Positions 1-11,834 of a stretch of DNA of 64,000 bases are shown here, piece by piece; the first letter of the stretch is position 1, and each line of letters opens with the position of its first letter. This DNA is from Macrostomum lignano. Lineage: Eukaryota. The notes beneath the pieces were generated by a model. It saw nothing but the letters and a program-made list of their open reading frames with translations, did no database searches and had not been told where the DNA came from. Where the stretch lies: contig NIVC01001525.1 in NCBI GenBank assembly GCA_002269645.1, forward strand, positions 124,001-188,000, read 5' to 3'. The position numbers were made by a program, and so were the translations under genes.

Positions 1-345
1 TTTTATTCAACTAAAATTTCTAATGAACACACTTTCTAAAATAAGAACTTTTCAAAGCATCATGGAGGACGAACCTTTCAGACTAGCATTGATGGCTTAT
101 TTAACTTGTGGGGTGGGCGGCGGAGTCTTCCAACACTGGACTGCACCTATGCATGCATTATTCACTCCCGCCTCATTCTCTTCTGCCCCGCTACATTGCT
201 TTGTCCCTCCTTTTGCCTTGCTTCCTTCCAGAAGACAGCTGACTGAGCTTCATGGCGAACTAGAGTCACGGAATCTGGAATGGAGAGTGCAGTCAGAGCT
301 GGGTTGCCTTTGCAATTGCACAAATATCAACTTCGCGATTTAGGA
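1..345 (+). repeat. Dispersed repeat, copy 1 (paralog at about 13505-13990), flanking the 23-bp satellite
   Basis: TTTCTAATGAACACACTTT..CATCATGGAGGAC..GGGGTGGGCGG and TGCATTATTCACTCCCGCCTCATTCTC recur at 13515-13960. Copy 1 lacks two internal blocks present in copy 2. Confidence 0.85.
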
Positions 346-379
346 AAATTAAAAATTCTTTTTCATCGGAATTTTTTTC

Positions 380-1030
380 TTCATATGAGTACTGGGGCGA
401 TTCTCACGTGATTACTAGGGCGATTCTCACCTGAGTGCTGAGGTGATTCTCACCTGAGTACTAGGGCGATTCTCACCTGAGTGCTGAGGTGATTCTCACC
501 TGAGTACTAGGGCGATTCTCACCTGAGTGCTGAGGTGATTCTCACCTGAGTACTAGGGCGATTCTCACCTGAGTGCTGAGGTGATTCTCACCTGAGTACT
601 AGGGCGATTCTCACCTGAGTGCTGAGGTGATTCTCACCTGATTACTAGAGCAATTCTCATCTGAGTGCTGAGGTGATTCTCACCTGAGTACTGGGGCGAT
701 TCTCACCTGAGTGCTGGGGCGATTCTCACCTGATTACTGGGGCTGTTCTCACCTGAGTACTGGGGCGATTCTCACCTGAGTACTGGGGCGATTCTCACCT
801 GAGTACTGGGGCGATTCTCACCTGATTACTGGGGCTGTTCTCACCTGAGTACTGGGGCGATTCTCACCTGAGTATTAGGGTGATTCTCACCTGATTACTG
901 GGGCGGTTCTCACCTGATTACTGGGGCGGTTCTCACCTGATTACTGGGGCGGTTCTCACCTGATTACTGGGGCGGTTCTCACCTGATTACTAGGGCAATT
1001 ATCACCTGAGTACTGAGGCGATTCTTACCT
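380..1030. repeat. 23-bp minisatellite (GGGGCGATTCTCACCTGAGTACT), about 28 units, partly a 46-bp dimer
   Basis: Direct tandem units visible; GCTGAGGTG and ACTAGGGCG variants alternate at 420-640. Confidence 0.95.
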
Positions 1031-1276
1031 GAGCAGCTTCACGCACTCTTCATGTGCAGTAGTGGCTGCATCGCACGCTTGATGGATGGCTCCATGATGG
1101 GTGTCGCTCTGTAGCAACAGCACTAACCGGTTTCGAGTCCCAGTTGCTGTAGACTTCATTCTTGACTTTACTCGTTGAAACTGCTCGATGCGAAGCCACT
1201 CCTCGATGCTGATCTCTTTTTCTTTTTCGTTTTCTGAGCAGCCAGTCTTCTGCTGATTTGATTCGTGGCTGGCCAT
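1029..1276 (-). CDS. Probable first coding exon of a gene running off the left edge (possible ankyrin-like start)
   Basis: ATG at 1276, open frame MASHESNQQK...AHEECVKLLR ending at a strong donor CTCAG|GTAAGA (intron starts 1028). The C-terminal GAIHQACDAATTAHEECVKLL loosely resembles an ankyrin helix pair (inference). Confidence 0.5.
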
Positions 1277-2176
1277 TTACCTCAACTACGCTCTGCTACT
1301 AAATGTGTTACCAAGAGAATCTTAAAAGAGAGAACTCAGCACTTGCCGGCTGGGCCCCCATTGACAATTGTAGTTTGACAACTAAAACCAGAAGCAAAGC
1401 GCGGTCTAGTTTTCAGCTACCGCTCGTAGAATATTTATTGATTTTCAATATAAAAGAAAGCGGGGTTGACAGAAGCTTTAGCGGTGGTTGGGGGGTTGTA
1501 AGTGTGCGGGACTTGCAATTCACGTTATAAAAAATCAGAATGGAGGAGAAGAGAAAAGGTGTCGTGAGGCTCTGAGGAGGTCAGGTGCAATAGGCGATCT
1601 TGAGTAAATAGTACAGACGTACTCTTACAATGAAAACCTTTACTCTTCAAACCAGAACAAAAACAACTAACGCCACGAAATATTGATGAAATGCCAAACA
1701 CTATAAAACATTCGAATGCAGCATCCGTAATTTGGGCTATTTGAAGAAAGGGTTTCATATTTTGTAGAAAAAAACACAAAATTAATGTTGTATCGCAATG
1801 TAAACGGCTAAAGTTTAGCGTAAAACGCGAGAGTGCGGTTGAAACACGGAGAGGCATCAGGCTAAAAAGGGGGGCGCATCGGGTCAGTGAGAAAAGGAGT
1901 TGAATAAATCGACTCAGCTGCGACTGCACAAGCAGCGACAAAAACTCTGTTTAAATGTAGCACTGAACCTATTCGAATCAGTGCTATTGAAGGTACCGAT
2001 CCATGCTTTTCTTAACAGGGGGCTTTAAATAGTCTCAGTACTCGGCAAAATATCTAATATGAAAAAAAGCAATATTTGCGAAACACCATCGCACTGACTT
2101 TACTCGTGGCTGGTTGACGTTCAGGTGAGCATGAGAATCTCCAGCTGCTTGAAGCTGTAGTAGAACCCATCAGTGA

Positions 2177-2364
2177 TGTTATATATCGCGAAGCCGAGAG
2201 GGTTATATCTTCTATAGCGCGCGGTCTGAAGAAACTAAAGCTCAGAGGGCGTGGCCGTCTCTCTAGGCCGTCAACGTGTATTTATACCATAGACAGTACT
2301 ATTCATACGAGTATAGCCCAAGCTTCAGTGTCACCCACATGCATATGCACACTCATACACAACA
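2177..2364. mobile_element. 188-bp solo-LTR-like insertion (TGTTA...CAACA) with 5-bp TSD AGTGA
   Basis: Interrupts FReD exon 5 inside AACATCACTGATGG. AGTGA is duplicated at 2172-2176 and 2365-2369; TG..CA termini; TATAAATA on the minus strand. Confidence 0.7.
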
Positions 2365-2455
2365 AGTGATGTTTGTTGGGCCATTGCAAGCCCAAGCGAT
2401 TCCCCTGGCTCGCTCTGCAATTGGCAAGTTCAAAACCGTCGGGTAGTTTGAAGTA

Positions 2456-2874
2456 TAGTATTTGTCATGCTATCTCAGCCTAGAGACATCCAAACTCAGC
2501 CAGTCCCATTCCGCAATGCGTTTTTTTGGCTCGAGCTAGTCGACTTTTACCATAGACATGCTTCTTAAGGCCATGCTATCTCAGCCTGGGACATGCAATC
2601 TCAGCCAATATAGATTTCAATTGCAAACAGATCTCAATGCTATCATTTCTATAACGTGACATGAAATGGCAACAAACAGCAATGAATGAACGCAGCAAGA
2701 AAAGTCAGTAAGGGTACGCAACAACGCTGAGATTGCATGTCCCAGGCTGAGATAGCATGGCCTTAAGAAGCATGTCTATGGTAAAACTTGACTGGCTTAC
2801 GTAAAAAATCGCACTGTCGAGATGGGCTGGCTGAGTTTGGATGTCTCTAGGCTGAGATAGCATGACAAATACTA
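2456..2874. mobile_element. 419-bp MITE with TA target-site duplication (Tc1/mariner-type, non-autonomous)
   Basis: TAGTATTTGTCATGCTATCTCAGCCTAGAGACATCCAAACTCAGCCAG at 2456 is inverted at 2827-2874, with a second inverted pair at about 2543-2607 / 2728-2789. The empty site AAGTACTTG is seen in paralogs; TA is duplicated at 2454-2455 and 2875-2876. Confidence 0.92.
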
Positions 2875-5800
2875 TACTTGCCGAACGGACCGGAGTTGTG
2901 GCAGCAATTGTACCAGTGAGGCTGCTGGTAAACAACCGCACAGTCTGCAGCCGCTCAATCCGCAATCTCGGGTGAGGAACTGCAGGTTCGATCCTACTCT
3001 AATCAGGCAGTTTTTAAGGCCTCAAGCAGGTGCGTAGGTGTAATTAGACAGCGTGTAGTTGGTGCTCTCAGCCAGAATGAGCACGTTCAGGTAGTAGGCG
3101 TAGATGTAGGCGTCGTTCCAGTACAGCAGGTCGACGTGGAACCGGTTTTTGGGCTGAGCGCTGGTCCGGTTGTGCAGCCACTCTAGACTTGACGTTATGA
3201 AAAAAGATCGCTGGTAATGAAATTGCATGTTGGTTCCTAATAATCAAACTGGCTTTCGAATCAAGAGGTGCATCAAGCGCTCAAGAAAACAAGTCACTGT
3301 AACAGGCTGGTCACTTTTTACAACTATGAGTACAATAGCAAGCCACAAGCATAATTTTTTTGCAACTAAGAGCGATTATTTTTCATCGGTCGAGAAACTG
3401 AATTTTAAAACGTCACCATTTTTCTCGAAGTACATGATTACCCTGATTTATATCCGTCACCTCCAGTTTTTCGATATTGTGGTTTTTTAAATCAAGCGTT
3501 AGCAAATCAAATAAAAGGTTGCCTCACCAACAAAGTAGTTGCTATGATAAGTGCCGAAGCCGGTCTTGTACTCGGCCCAGAGCCGGTCGAAGTTTAACGC
3601 GTCCGACACTCGCAGGTTGACTGTCTCGAAGCACTGCTGAGTGCCCACAGTGTGGAACTCCTGGATTTGAAAGTTTGATGTAAAGTCAAGAAAAGTTTCT
3701 ACAGTTATAGCACCGAACCAGCACTGCTTTCTCAACACTCACATAGACGGCCAGCTCAGAGCTGTTCGGAGGCTGCTCGAACCAGCGACACAGCGGGTAG
3801 TCGGTGAGCAGAGGGTTTTCGATTATAAAAGTTAAATCACCCACTGCATAGCTAGCAATGCAGTCGCTGTTTGTTTGCTGCAAAACAAGATACGGACTCG
3901 CGAGTTTCGAATACTCTCGTAGTATGTACAAACATTTTTCGGTCATAAGAGAAACTGGCTCATAAATATGCTACAAATCTTTTGTCACACGGAATAGCAA
4001 CTAGGTTTAAATGTAGTATTAGCATTTAGAATCTTCCAGATCGAAGCTTCTAGCAGCTAGGGCAGATAATCCTAAATTAAATATGTTCCTTCATCAAGTT
4101 TACAGTGTTCCTACAGTGTTTTCCACAATGTAGCATTCTATACTCGTAATCTGTTAATTTTAAATTGATTGCACGATATATTTTGTGCGCAACCAGTTTG
4201 GTGATGGATAGCTGCAGATCAATTTTCCGGCCACTGCTTCCTACAAGAAGCCCGTCAGGATCGGATGGAGTGACTGGCTTCTGGCATTGTGGCTTGTGAT
4301 AAGTAGGAAGCGATTAGATTTCCTTACTCTTGAGGAACTAACGGAGTAGGCGGCCGGTGTCTGTGCCTCTGAGCACCTGCTGCTCAAAGTCACGAGCCTC
4401 TCAGATCTGCACACCGTGCTCAAGCCGAATCTCCCTGGCAACAAAACTGCTGTTGCTCAAGTCCGACTCGCTCGCCAGTGTTGATGACGAGCATCCAGCA
4501 TTTGAGAATCGCGGCTTCTTTGACGACTGCGACTGCGCAGGACGTCGCCCAGCACTTCATCAGGCAGTGCGAGTTTGTGTGCAGGCCGGGCTCATTGAGC
4601 AGCCCGCTGCTCACGTAGTTGCCGATGTTGATGGAGCCGCTGGTCACCCGATCGTAGGTGCAAGCAAGGTGCCCTGAAGCAGAGGTGACCACAGCTAAAT
4701 GGGTGTTTTTGAGTAGTGAGCGCTGTGCCACACTGGCGAGTCTCTTCATCAAGTTGGTAGCATTTTCCAGACTCACCAGTAATGAGCTGGCACAGAAGCA
4801 GTTGCAGCAGCTCGGAATGCTTGGCGTTCAGTTTCATTGCGGGCAGGAGTTGCTAGGCAGATAGATTTCGTATTTGCTGACTGATATTGCTGGCTCAGGG
4901 TATCTCTGCTTTCGATGGGGCTTCCAAATAGTGAAATTTCCTCTACTTATGCCTAGAATTGTCAATCCGTCGGTTCCTGAGTGACTCCAAAGCATGTTTC
5001 TTCTAATCGCAGCTGCTTTTCTTCGAGCCTATCTCCGGTATCACTGTAGCGGCTCTTCAAATTCCTCATCAGCAGTTATCGTCTGTGAGAATTTTTCCAC
5101 GCGGGTAAATGTTAGACACTGTTCATTGGCATCTGTTTCTTGCGTTTTAATAAAAGTCGTTTTTGTGTATTTATTTCGTTGCTTCGTGAGAATAATTGCA
5201 TGCCCGACAGCTGTTTTCTCTTACCTGTTCTTACATGTATATCGCCGAACGCCCAGCACCTGTTCGCAGCAAGCCTTCATCAAACAGATGAAGACTACCT
5301 TTTACGAGTAGTATTACAGCTCATTATTCATAGAGAAATAAATTTGAAGTAGCTTTTGTGAATAAGCTGAGAACTTGTTTACTCGTGACCCATTGGTTAT
5401 TTTTTCGAAACAACGGCCACACCATGCAGCCATTGTCCAATGCAAGCTGAACCCAGCATTTGTTAATCTATTCTGCAGAACCTCCAGGCCCCATTGATCT
5501 TTCTGATTCAAGTGAGGCGACAATGAAGAATACTCAGTTATGAGTGATGGATAATTATTCCATCGCTTTCAGGTCTGGTTAAAAGACAGAATAAAGTTGA
5601 CTACGATGAAAAATGTTCAGAGAGCGATCAGACAGTGCATAGAAAACAGCAGACCTCAGTGATTACTCAAAGTCGTATATTTAGGGATAAAAAGTTGACG
5701 AGAAAATGTCTGGAACTGTGTGGAAAGTAGACAAGTAGAAAGAATCATTATGAATGACACCAGAGCTGTCAAAATCATATATAACCAATTCAATATTTTA

Positions 5801-6445
5801 GAGGAACTTTTGAGTAAGGTACCTGAAAATATGCCGACAGCAATTAGTTGATTAGTTCCGTGATGCTGTCAGGCTGACTTAATTGACACACAGAAACAAG
5901 CATGTACGGAAAGAGTACATGTACATTCGGGATAATAGCGGTCATTGAGTCCGGGGACTTAGGGGCAGACTGGAGTCCTCAGCTGCAGCAGGGACCCGCA
6001 TGGACTCAGACAGAATAAAAGTTTAAGAAGCTGAGTCACACTTGGGTGTCTACGAACTGGTAACTACGAATTACCATACCACCATGCCAACATAAAATGG
6101 ATAATGGAAAATGTCAGTAATAGATGATCCCTCGTGAAGCCACAATAAGAGTATAGAACACAGGTACCGATTCAAATAGAAGGCACTGGAACAAAAAATT
6201 GTAATCAAATTTTCATCAAGGGTAAGAGCTAGACAGACAATACGCAAGTGATAGTCCAAATTGATTGACCGAAGTTATTAAAAGTGCTCTGAAACTGAGA
6301 TGTGGCCACGAAGCAGAAGAGGTATAAAAGCAGAAAAAAACAGACACAACTCGGATAGAAAAGGATCCAGCAAGGGAATAGCGACATCGGAAACACAAAA
6401 TCTTTGCGACACGCGTAGCACCAACTACCAGTTGACCAGTTGAGC

Positions 6446-9400
6446 TCAGGTGAGCATGAGAATCTCCAGCTGCTTGAAGCTGTAGTACCATCCATCAGTG
6501 ATGTTTTTGGGAGCATTGCAAGCCCAGACGATGCCCTTGGCTCGGTCTGCAACTGACACATTCAGCGCCGTTGGGTAGTTAAAGTACTTGCCGAACGGAC
6601 CGGAGTTGTGGCAGCAACCGTGCCAGTAGGGCTGCTCGTATCTAACTGCACAATTGTGGCACTCGCTCCATCCGCGATCTCGAGTGACGAACTGCTTGTT
6701 CGAGCCTTGGAACAGACAGTTTCCAAGGCCACCAGCAGCTGCGAATGTAAAGTTAGACACCGTTTAGTTGGTGCTCTCGGCCAGAATGAGCACGTTCAGG
6801 TAGTAGGCGTAGATGTAGGTGTCGTTCCAATACAGCAGGTCGACGCGGAACCGGTTGTTGCTGGGCTGAGCGCTGGTCCGGTTGTGCAGCCACTCGAGGC
6901 CTGGCGTTTTGAGATTTGAAGGTACGAGCTGAGAAATTTGCTGAACCCTTTCAAATGATGGAGCTTGCTGTTTGGTCTCAATGTTCTAACCAGTAGTTTG
7001 ATGAGGCATGGGTTTGACTGAAATAGCACCTACAAGTACTTTTAGCTAAAATTACTGATTCAGGGATTCGGGAATTAAAGACGAATCAAGCATCATTTAT
7101 TAAGACTTGATTAAGTAGCCCTTGATGGGAACAGGTACGATAGAAAGAGAAGAAAGGGGATTGCTGTTAGTAGATATATATGTAGATTTGGTAGTTGGTA
7201 TGCAGAATTCGGTGGGACGCTTAGAGCTTTACTTTATTTGTATTGAGCTGATGCTCCCGCTTTGTTTACTCCAAGTAGCATGGCATCTGCAATTAAGGCA
7301 TTTGCGGTAACTGTAGCTTTGAGAGGCTAGACTAGGTCAATAAAGAATGAATCTATCGTAATTGCAAGCGGAGCAAAAGAACCGCTATAATACGCTTAAG
7401 CTAAAGGCTACAAAGTGTTATATCCTCTTTCTTCTTAAGTATTTGCGCCAGGAATTAACCAAAGATTCCATAGAATTAGAAAACAGTTTGGGACCCGAGG
7501 GAATAAAACCGTGCGGCTAGTGGCGTTTCTTTGTGCGGGAGCAAATCAGCCCCAGATGGGCTCTCTGCCGCGGGTGCACCGCACTGACCCAATGCCGGAA
7601 CTGCGGTCTCAATGAGTGCAGGTACAAAAACCTCCCCTCAAGCAGGGTACAGCAAAGCAATCAACGAGAGCCATTAAAAATGGAGGTAGCAAACACTGGA
7701 TCAAGCTCATGGGTAAAGAGACCGTCCTTAAAGTGCAAAACACATCTCCCCAGCCTAGGATCCACCTAGTGAGTGGGTGAGTGGGTCTTACCAGAAGGGT
7801 ACCGAATTCTGGGCTCCTGTCTTCCAGCTGTCGCTTATTATTATTCAAAAAAAGTAGCCCCAGACCAACTGACCAAAATTCCAGCAGTAAGGATCTGCAG
7901 CAATACCGTATCATCTTACCAGCAAAGTAGTTGCTGTGATAAGTGCCGAAGCCGGTCTTGTACTCGGCCCATAGCCGGTCGAAGCTCAGCGCGTCCGACA
8001 CTCGCAGGTTGACGGTCTCGAAGCACTGCCGAGTGCCCACAGTGTAGAACTCCTGGATTAGCGATTTCGTGAAAACATTAAAATATTTTTTGTCATAGAA
8101 ACCGTCGTGGACTGTCGGTGACATCGACCAACAGCGCTGATGCAGTATCCTGTGCAATACAGAATACACAGATACACAGATACACATGCACATAGAAACG
8201 CACTGAAACACACGTCCACTTAGAGGCGTTGAATCTCTAAGCGTCAAGCATGTAACCTACTAGGCGTTGGTTCTCAACGATGCGAGTTATAGAAAAGACC
8301 ACACAGCTAAGTTTTTTGAGCAAGCCCTGGGCAACTTAATGCGGCCACACTCGGAATAAAACCAGAAGTCGTTGGCGCAAGAGACACATGCGCGAACACC
8401 CAAGCTGCTCCGTTGCAGAGAAACTAATCGCTGGCACGAAAACTAACTTGAAAATAACCGATATCTTCGTCACCGATGCAGACATGTTTTACTCAGCACT
8501 AACGTGACGCAAAAAGTGCTTTCCCAACACTCACATAGACGGCCAGCTCAGAGCTGCCCGGAGGCTGCTCGAACCAGCGGCACAGCGGGTAGTCGGTGAG
8601 CAGAGAGCAGTTGCTGGAGTTGAACACAATCCCGCGACACGCCAGCAACTCGCTGCACTTGTCAACGCAGCCAATGAGCGATAAGACAGCCGGCTGGTGC
8701 TGAAGGAAGGCGGCGAAGATCTTGACCGAATTGTTGGGAATGTGGACCCGCTTGTGAGTCACGTTTCTAGGAGCCAGGTACTCTGCGGAACGGATGTTTG
8801 GGGTTGGTTTCTACGCTCTTATACCTCAATTCATTTGCGTTTAGAAGCTGCTAGACAAGCAGATAAAACAGATGGAGTTTGAAATTCGTCGCTTTAATCG
8901 GGTTCACCGTCCTGAACAGGAGACAGGCTGCCCGTTGTCTTTTCCCACGAAACCTTTCTTATATGGTAAAAAAGGGTTGCTGGTCTCAGGGTCGCCGCCA
9001 AGAGGCTCGATGACGACCAAGCCAGTACTTGTGGCGTCTTTGTTCTGTAATTTTTCTGCTTATTTAATCCCCCCCCCGAGAAAATATCGGCGTTCCTAAT
9101 CGCGGACACGAAACGCGAGCACCCCAACGAGTCTCAAGCACAGGCTCAGGATATAACCTAGATTGAATTCCCCGTGTTTCCAGTTCATTGGGGACCTACG
9201 AATTATAAAAGTATGACAAGTTTGCTCGAAACCGTTTAGTACGAACGTGGCTATTACGTTTATAAGGCTGTAGACTACGACAAGCATAACCAGACCAAAT
9301 TTAAGCGGTACAGTCCTAACAACAATTACAGAAAAGTCAAGTGCGCTCGTTTCAAAAGCATGGAAAGTTCAGAAAACATAAGAGGCGAGCTAACAAAAAA

Positions 9401-10120
9401 TAGGCAGCCTTGATAATAATACAAAGAAAATTAAAAGGCTCGTAGCCAGTTCAACGCTGGCTAAACATTTTACTACGTCGAGTTTACATCTTAGTACATG
9501 ATGTTTTCAGTAACGACGCCGTTGAACGTCAAGTCAAGAACTTTGCTTCACTGGTTGTTGGTTGGTTTCTTTTCATAAGATTCGATGAGACTTCATTAGT
9601 AATTTCCCCAAACTCACCGAGTAGGCGGCCGGTGTCGGTGCCTCTGAGCACCTGCTGCTCAAAGTCGCGAGCCTTCCAGATCTTCACACCCTGCTCAAGC
9701 TGAAACTCCCTAGCAACGAAGCTGCCGTTGCTCAGGCCCGGCTTGCTCGCAGTGTTGATGACGAGCATCCGGCAGTCGAGGATTGCGACCTCTTTGACGA
9801 TCGCGACAGCGCAGGACGTTGCCCAGCACTTCATCAGGCAGTGCGAGTTCGTGTGCAGGCCGGTCGCATTGAGCAGCCCGCTGCTGACATAGCTTCCAAT
9901 ATCGACTGAGCCGCTGGTCACCTGATCATAGCTGCTGTCGATGACGGCGGCGTAGCTCACAGCTGCAATGGTTTTCAGTGAGTAGTGAGTGCGGTGCATT
10001 ATGTACACAGTAGCCACAAGTGTCTCCATCAAGGTGGCACCATTTAGATTCAGACTCACCCGTGAGCAGCTGGCACAGAAGCAGCTGCAGCAGCTCGGAC
10101 TGCTTGGCGTTCAGTTTCAT
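6446..10120 (-). pseudogene. PAN/Apple x2 + fibrinogen-C (FReD) gene, copy A; all 5 exons present but premature TAA in exon 5
   Basis: Exons 10120-10060, 9962-9618, 8782-8535, 8052-7920, 6900-6446, all GT-AG with phases matching copy C. The TAC codon of the paralogs is TAA at 6766-6764. Confidence 0.88.
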
Positions 10121-11039
10121 TGCAGACAGGGGTTGCTAGGCAGATTCTTGCAGTTTTTGTTGTTGCTAAAGAGGCGAAATGCGAGGTCTTCTTCGATGGT
10201 GCTAGGTTTTGAGTGGGGCTCCTAAAGTATAGCAGTTGGCAGTTTTTCTTCTCAGTTTTCAACCCACGCGTTGCCAAGCAGTTTAGAAGCTGGCTTTATT
10301 CTCATCGCTCCATCTCTCTCCCAACGGTACGTTTGAAAATTCCTAATTAGCAAGCAGGAACTCCAGAATTTCTTTGAGCAAGTTTTGGCATGCATTGTTG
10401 GAGAGCTGGGCAAATATCTCTACTTGGAATTAATGTGTGTCTAAGCTATTGTTTAAACTTTTTTTGAGAAAGAAGACTGCATCTTCCGTTCCGCTGTCCC
10501 ATTATTACGGTAGTGCTCACTACGCGCCAGTATCTCATCAATAATGCACAGGCGAGGGCCTTTGCAAGCAGGAATAAATGCAAGCATCAGTCTGAGTTTC
10601 AAATTCAAAAGAGGCGATGATTTGTGCCAGCTTGCTCTGCATCTTCTAAAAGAGAGGCACGATAATTATTATTAGAACGGGTACTGTTGGCCTGTGTTCT
10701 CCTAGCCATGTAGATTAGGTAGGACCTGTTGTGAATGCGAGCATTTAACGGTTAATAGTTAGTAATTCCCACACGAACGGTAAGCTAGTATAGCATTTGT
10801 CATTCCAAATGAGAATATCACACTCTCAAAACGAGAACACATAGACATTCCCCCATGGCTTGCGCTATCCGTGGCCCAAACATTTGCTTTAAGACCATAA
10901 ACAATAGACATTCAAAACGATTAAAGAACACTCAAAATGAGAATTTCTCTTACCCTCCCCCCCTTCGCTCGCTGGTTCGTTCGTTGCTTCGTTCGTTTGT
11001 TTACGTCGCTATTTTTTCTTTCTGCGTGTACTTTCGCTC

Positions 11040-11321
11040 AGACAACGTCTGATCTCTGCTATTGACCAGGGTTCGTCACTAAAGGAAGCAGCCAAAATAT
11101 TGCAAGTGCCTGTGTCCACTGCATACCGAATTGTGAAAGCCTATCAACAGGAAGGGAGACTTGAAGCGCTTCCACGTGGAGGAAGGAAAGAAGGAAACCG
11201 CAGAATTGACGACGAAATGAAAGTTTTTCTGCAAGAGAAGCTCGAGCCCAACCCGTTCTGCACCGTGAATGAACTGCGTCGCCATCTTCGAAACGAGTTT
11301 CCTCACGGTCCGGTCCAATAA
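11040..11321 (+). mobile_element. Fragment of IS630/Tc1/mariner-like transposase (N-terminal HTH region)
   Basis: Frame reads RQRLISAIDQGSSLKEAAKILQVPVSTAYRIVKAYQQEGRLEALPRGGRK..IDDEMKVFLQEKLEPNPFCTVNELRRHL, a typical paired-like HTH pattern. No DDE domain or TIRs were found. Confidence 0.65.
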
Positions 11322-11834
11322 AACGGAATGCAATTTTCCATAGAAATGTATCCTTTGCTATATTTGATTCTAAACAGCACCTACTTTCTCAATTTGATTA
11401 TCGTCAAATAGAAACATTATGCGCCTTGCCTCGGTCGGAAGGCATAAAGCTCAATGCCTTCGTCTTGAGTGGTGACAAAAAGGAATACTTGGTGACGAAA
11501 TATTAAGTAGCATAGGACGCTTGAGATTCTTCAGATTTTGTATATACAACTCTTGTGACTTTTTAACGACTCAAATGACTGTAAATGCAATGGAGAGGCG
11601 GCTGTTGAGTCAAGAGTGCATCACGGAAGTTGCGTAATCGTAAAAGAAACGCGAAGTCATCCAAGAGAAGCTGTGCTATTGTTTAACTTTCCAACTGGAG
11701 TAGACTAAATAGAGTTGTTACGAGTATAAATGAGAAATTCGAGTTGCTATTTTAGTTGCTATTGATGTAAGACAGGTACAAACCGTACTTTCCACAATTG
11801 CTTTTTGAACTAAGCTGGAGTAACTTGATCGCAT

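Larger units (their letters stand above)
2121..4837 (-). pseudogene. PAN/Apple + fibrinogen-C (FReD) gene, copy B, pseudogene
   Basis: Exons homologous to copy C: 4837-4777, 4694-4343 (+1 frameshift near 4477 and TGA near 4400), exon 3 reduced to 3812-3743, 3660-3528, and exon 5 about 3190-2121. Exon 5 has its acceptor AG changed to AA, a TGA at 3022-3024 and two insertions. Confidence 0.9.

Noticed and set aside
8060-8520. ~400-bp expansion of intron 3 in FReD copy A as a solo LTR (TGTCA start, AATAAA inside)
   Set aside because: The right end and TSD do not match and the flanking intron is replaced rather than duplicated. It is a real insertion, but its class is unsupported.
11439-11462. 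Perfect 8-bp hairpin GAAGGCAT-N8-ATGCCTTC as a Helitron 3' end or terminator
   Set aside because: No CTRR terminus at the expected distance and no second copy; short hairpins occur by chance.
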